A DNA stretch of 64,000 nucleotides. Source: Candidatus Latescibacterota bacterium. GTDB taxonomy: Bacteria > Latescibacterota > UBA2968. A program made the translations under genes and the position numbers. Position 1 is the stretch's first letter; each line of letters starts with the position of its first letter. Location of the stretch: assembly GCA_965198115.1 (NCBI GenBank), contig OZ240241.1, positions 6,176,001-6,240,000 on the forward strand, read 5' to 3'. The notes beneath the pieces were generated by a model that saw only the letters and a list, made by a program, of their open reading frames with translations, had not been told where the DNA came from and ran no database searches. Positions 60,061-64,000 of this stretch are shown here, in pieces.

Positions 60061-61248
60061 TTGAAGATAGAGCATAGAACATTGTGGGTGATGGGCGTTG
60101 CCGCCATGGCTGTCGTGGTTGTCTTACCGTTGATGGCTGTTGACGAGTGGCAGGTGGCACAGGAGGATTACGTGTGGTCTTTTCCGGAGGATCATTGGGC
60201 GCGGGAGGCGTATAAGACGGAGTGGTGGTATTTCACGGGGCACCTTGAAGCGGAGACGGGAGAGCGGTTCGGGTATCAGTTCACGTTCTTTCGTGTGGGG
60301 CTGCTGAGACAGACGCCCGACCTCGCGTCTTCGTGGGTGGCGAAGGATTTGGTAATGGGACACACGGCTGTTACCACGCTGGGGAGTGGGGGGCCCCTTC
60401 GACTCCGCTCAGGACAGGCAGGGGGCAGGGGGGAGAAAGGCGGTCACAGATTTAGTGAAGTGCTGTATCGCGCGAGTCCTCTGTTGGGCGGGTTCGGTGC
60501 GTTTCCAGATTCGACGATTGCGTGGTGTCGCGGTCCGGCGGGGACGGATGGGGACTGGCGGTTGACGTGGAACGGATCGGCGTTCGATTTCGAGATGGTC
60601 GACGAGAAGTTGGGATTCGCGTTCCGACTGAAGACACTACCCGAAAAGTCTCTAACCTTTCAGGGACCCAATGGGTTCAGTCGAAAGGGGGAGGGTCCCA
60701 CCGCCGCGAGCCAGTATTACAGCTTCACCCGATTGATCACGAATGGTGAAGTGACACTCGACGAGGAGACGTTCGTCGTTGCGGGGATGAGCTGGATGGA
60801 CAAGGAATTCGGGTCCAATCAGCTTGGCGAAGACCAGGTAGGGTGGGACTGGTTCAGTCTCCAGTTGGCCGACGGTCGCGATCTGATGCTCTACGTCCTG
60901 CGGGATGCACAGGGCGATGTCGATTATTCGAGCGGGTCGTTAGTCGAGGCATCGGGGGATACGCGTTACCTGACCGAGGACGACTTCGAGCTTTCAGAGA
61001 CGGACACGTGGGTCAGTCCGGACGGTGTGACGATGTATCCGGCCCGATGGCGTCTGTCGATTCCGTCAGCCGATCTGGTCTGTGAGATTCGACCGGAACT
61101 GGCCGATCAGGAAAACCGGTCCGAAATCATTCCCACGATGCGCTATTGGGAGGGGGCCGTTCGTGTGGTAGACACAGCGAGCGGTGGACTCGGTCAGGGA
61201 TATGTCGAGCTGACAGGCTACGGAGACAGTAGTCGGCCAGCAATCTAG
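60061..61248 (+). CDS. AttH-like lipocalin/carotenoid 1,2-hydratase family protein
   Basis: EWWYFTG, GYQFTFFR, SWMDKEF, GWDWFSLQL, YWEGAV, GYVELTGY; start uncertain. Confidence 0.88.
   Translation: MKIEHRTLWVMGVAAMAVVVVLPLMAVDEWQVAQEDYVWSFPEDHWAREAYKTEWWYFTGHLEAETGERFGYQFTFFRVGLLRQTPDLASSWVAKDLVMGHTAVTTLGSGGPLRLRSGQAGGRGEKGGHRFSEVLYRASPLLGGFGAFPDSTIAWCRGPAGTDGDWRLTWNGSAFDFEMVDEKLGFAFRLKTLPEKSLTFQGPNGFSRKGEGPTAASQYYSFTRLITNGEVTLDEETFVVAGMSWMDKEFGSNQLGEDQVGWDWFSLQLADGRDLMLYVLRDAQGDVDYSSGSLVEASGDTRYLTEDDFELSETDTWVSPDGVTMYPARWRLSIPSADLVCEIRPELADQENRSEIIPTMRYWEGAVRVVDTASGGLGQGYVELTGYGDSSRPAI
60382..60438 (+). repeat. in-frame palindromic repeat insertion encoding GSGGPLRLRSGQAGGRGEK
   Basis: GGGGGCCCCTTCGACTCCGCTCAGGACAGGCAGGGGGCAGGGGGGAG. 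Confidence 0.75.
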
Positions 61249-61263
61249 GTAGACGGTCGACGG

Positions 61264-62409
61264 TTATGGTATCGTAAAGCGTTTAGTGACCCATTCACCG
61301 AGTTCTTTCGTCGTTCTCTCCTCGGTTAGCATCATATCGACGTCGAAGAGGCGGTCGATTCTGTTTCCCGCCAGATCCTCCAGCAACACGTTGATCCGCA
61401 GTTCGTAATCTCCTTCCTGCCAGATTTGAGCCGGTGTGAATCGCCATTCCGTTTCACCTGACTCGACAGCCATCGTGCCATCGACGAAGTCGTTCTTTCT
61501 GTAGACATCGATCATCGACTGGAGAAGCGTGTGATCCAACGGTTCGTTCAATGCGACGATCAGGCTGTGTCGGGTTCCTGGTTTGGGTACCCTCAATACC
61601 CAGTCTTCGGTTTGAGGTGACTGTCGATCTACAGAAGTTGTTTGGAAGGATTTTTTGAAAGTGGTGGCGAGGGGCTGGCCGTTCGCGTCACGCATCTGAG
61701 CATCAACGATAAGATTGAAGCTGGCATCTGCCTTCAGGGCCATTCCCTGCTCTTCGTGGGGACGAAGCCCGCGCTTGATGCGGCCTGGTTCGAACAGGAG
61801 GGTGAGACGACGCGATTCCGAGTCCCAGAGTGGGGGAACGATTTCCACAAAAGGTGGGGCCATCCGGGTGCCACGAGCGTCCGTGATCTGGATGTGGTCG
61901 TAGACACCGGCCCGTTGCATCGGCCCGGAGAAGTGGACATAAAACTTCAACAGATTTTCGGGTACGTCGCCCGACGGATAGACCGACTCCACGATGGTCC
62001 TCTCGCGCTCGAGTGCGGGGACGAGGAGTGCTGTCTGGATAGGAGAACGGGTTGGGTCGGCGTGGAATCGCGCGATGTAGGTGAGGCCGGGTTCGAGTGG
62101 GAAGGATGGTGTGAAGCGAACTACGCCATCAATGATCTCATATCGGCCCAGCAACTGAGGGCGGTCATCGTTGGGCCAGGTTGATCCCGTGTAGATGGGG
62201 AACAGACCCCGCCAATCATCTTGATTGAGGGCCGTGTAACGAGCCAGCTGCTCTGCGGAGAGATGAACGACCTCGATGGACCCTGCATCTTCAAGTCGAA
62301 TCGTGAAAGACAAACTCCCGCCACCCGGATCTGATTGAGCGAACAGAGAGCCGGATGGCGGGAGTAAGGCGAAGCCGATCGTAATCAGAAAGGAGATCGC
62401 GTTGGACAA
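61264..62409 (-). CDS. secreted hypothetical protein with Ig-like modules
   Basis: Signal peptide; PENLLKFYVHFSGPM, LFEPGRIKRGL, LEDLAGN. Confidence 0.7.
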   Translation of the reverse strand: MSNAISFLITIGFALLPPSGSLFAQSDPGGGSLSFTIRLEDAGSIEVVHLSAEQLARYTALNQDDWRGLFPIYTGSTWPNDDRPQLLGRYEIIDGVVRFTPSFPLEPGLTYIARFHADPTRSPIQTALLVPALERERTIVESVYPSGDVPENLLKFYVHFSGPMQRAGVYDHIQITDARGTRMAPPFVEIVPPLWDSESRRLTLLFEPGRIKRGLRPHEEQGMALKADASFNLIVDAQMRDANGQPLATTFKKSFQTTSVDRQSPQTEDWVLRVPKPGTRHSLIVALNEPLDHTLLQSMIDVYRKNDFVDGTMAVESGETEWRFTPAQIWQEGDYELRINVLLEDLAGNRIDRLFDVDMMLTEERTTKELGEWVTKRFTIP

Positions 62410-62411
62410 CG

Positions 62412-63503
62412 TCAGAGGCGCCGCTTCGGGAGCGACCGTAAATTCAGCGAGCCGTTGCTCATTCGCTGGAGCACGAGGATATTCGCGTCGTTGAGGTTGT
62501 CGACCTGCTGAACGCCGACCTGGGCGATGGCGATGTACTCCACACCGGCTGTTTCATAGGATCCTTCGACCTCGGTCGTGATGCCTTCTTCCTGCGCGAC
62601 AATGTCGGCCGGATCGATTCGCATCAACGTCCGATTGCTGTTGGCCAGAAGGACGTAGTCTTTGCCTTCCCTGGTGTAACCGATCATATCGAGCGGCCTG
62701 TTTCTCGATCCGAGCTCGGCGACGGTCGTGCCTTTGACGTGTGCGCCGTCGATGAGCTGATCGACCGGAAACGTGACGAGGGGGGTGCACGTGTAGGATG
62801 CGAGAACGTGCGGCACCTGCGCGAGGTTGTAGGCCATCAGGGTACGAATCGGTGAATGCGTCTCGAACCGTCCGTGGGCGGCGTGGAAGATCTCGACACT
62901 CGTCGTTTTCTCCGCGTCGTCGAAGGGGTAGGCGAGGATGCGCAACGTCGATGAGAATTCTTCGTTGGACAGACCGGCGACATAGAGCTCGCCGTTGGTG
63001 AAGACGAGGTCGGTAATGGCTTCGCGGCGGAGACTTCGACCCCGCCGGTTTTTCTTTTTCTTCGAGACGACGCTCGCCAGCGTTTTGGACGCGTAGTTGA
63101 CATTCTCCAAGGGGACGTGCTCGATTTTGCCGTCGGGTAGGGCCCTCATCAGGATATCCCCACTGCTCCGCGCGACGGTCAGGTAGGCGCAGCCCGACGC
63201 CGGGTTGACGGCCATATCGCTGACACGGACATCGCGCGCGCGTGTTCCGATCATCGCGGCGATTTTCTCGTCGATGTCCTCGACTTCGAGCTCACCGGGA
63301 GCTGCGGGCTCATCGCTGACCTTGATGGCCAGGATCTGGCCGTTCTGCGAGTCACCGATGAACAGGACATTGTCGGGCCCGAACGTGAGGGTGCCCAACG
63401 AACCGTATTCGGGTGTCCCGGTGGTGAAGGTCTGAGCGTGATGAGCGGCATCCGTGGCGGATACGAGGCTGATGGCCAGAATCAGCAGGATGGAACGTTT
63501 CAT
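62412..63503 (-). CDS. secreted hypothetical (beta-propeller-like) protein
   Basis: Signal peptide; LTFGPDNVLFIGDS, LYVAGLSNEEF, HGRFETHSPIRT, YTCTPLV. Confidence 0.7.
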   Translation of the reverse strand: MKRSILLILAISLVSATDAAHHAQTFTTGTPEYGSLGTLTFGPDNVLFIGDSQNGQILAIKVSDEPAAPGELEVEDIDEKIAAMIGTRARDVRVSDMAVNPASGCAYLTVARSSGDILMRALPDGKIEHVPLENVNYASKTLASVVSKKKKNRRGRSLRREAITDLVFTNGELYVAGLSNEEFSSTLRILAYPFDDAEKTTSVEIFHAAHGRFETHSPIRTLMAYNLAQVPHVLASYTCTPLVTFPVDQLIDGAHVKGTTVAELGSRNRPLDMIGYTREGKDYVLLANSNRTLMRIDPADIVAQEEGITTEVEGSYETAGVEYIAIAQVGVQQVDNLNDANILVLQRMSNGSLNLRSLPKRRL

Positions 63504-63633
63504 ACGACGGTCCTTTCACTTTGAGGTCGTCCGGCTCAGCAGACAAGGTAAGTGAGTGGGTACTAGCCTGCAAGCCCGTCGGTTCGGCCTGGTGAGCCTT
63601 TGAGGGGGAGGCTATCTTGCCCGTCGGGGTGTT

Positions 63634-63699
63634 CCCTTCGATACGCGACCTTCAGTCGCTACTCAGGACAGGCAGCTGTTCAGTGTTCGGTGTTCAGGA
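63634..63699 (+). repeat. palindromic repeat copy with expanded loop plus GTGTTC(A/G) heptamers
   Basis: CCCTTCGATACGCGAC..GTCGCTACTCAGGACAGG; TTCAGTGTTCGGTGTTCAGGAA is identical at 51333-51354. Confidence 0.65.
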
Positions 63700-63712
63700 A
63701 GGCTAAGACCGT

Positions 63713-64000
63713 ATGGCGCAGACGGCGGTTGTATCGGGAGTAGGACCCGGGCTGGGAGCGGCGCTCGTGAGGAAGTTCGTGGCGGAGGGGTGTCGGGTGG
63801 GGATGCTGGCACGGTCGATGGAGACGATGCGGGCGCTGGAAGCGGAGCTGGGCGATGCCGTGATGGGTCTGCCTTGCGATATCACGGACGGCGGCCGCGT
63901 TACGAGTTCGTTTACTCAAATTCGCGACCGGTTCGGGCCGATCGACATTCTTGTGAACCACGCGAGCGGAGGCTCCTGGAAGGGTCTGATGGAGATCCGA
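63713..64000 (+). CDS. short-chain dehydrogenase/reductase (partial)
   Basis: MAQTAVVSGVGPGLG...CDITD...IDILVNHA; runs off the window. Confidence 0.88.
   Translation, partial: MAQTAVVSGVGPGLGAALVRKFVAEGCRVGMLARSMETMRALEAELGDAVMGLPCDITDGGRVTSSFTQIRDRFGPIDILVNHASGGSWKGLMEIR

Noticed and set aside
865-63673. Dispersed CCTTCGAC...CAGGACAGG repeats as a CRISPR array
   Set aside because: Copies are kilobases apart, there is no regular spacer structure, and no cas genes are present

Overview
GC-rich bacterial chromosomal window. The dockerin-like/EF-hand 'DFDxDGxVGFxDF' tail, PQQ-like propeller, GHL10-like, Gfo/Idh/MocA and PhyH genes suggest Candidatus Latescibacterota or a similar lineage (inference). 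It holds housekeeping and catabolic genes (polA, csp, ftcD, uxuA-like, two ABC systems, a TonB receptor, hydantoinase A/B) and a ZMP/ZTP riboswitch upstream of a frameshifted purH-type gene. Many genes carry single frameshifts. A mobile-DNA hotspot at 28.4-36.6 kb breaks two tandem SAM-methyltransferase genes with four insertions. The first is an IS1380 element. The second is a cargo-carrying IS1595 element nested at the IS1380 end, encoding a 3-TM PycTM/SLATT-like protein, an antisense Pro-rich microprotein, a wHTH-like protein and a coiled-coil protein. The third is a 752-bp non-coding TGT...ACA element with a 7-bp target duplication and res-like sites, and the fourth is an IS256. ISL3 and IS630 copies lie elsewhere. 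The ORF track misses a probable UxxC selenoprotein (AhpC/TSA-like fused to DsbD-N) with a SECIS-like hairpin. A short palindromic repeat family (CCTTCGACTCCGCTCAGGACAGG) occurs at least seven times and has been translated in frame inside proteins. No CRISPR array, tRNA or rRNA was recognised.
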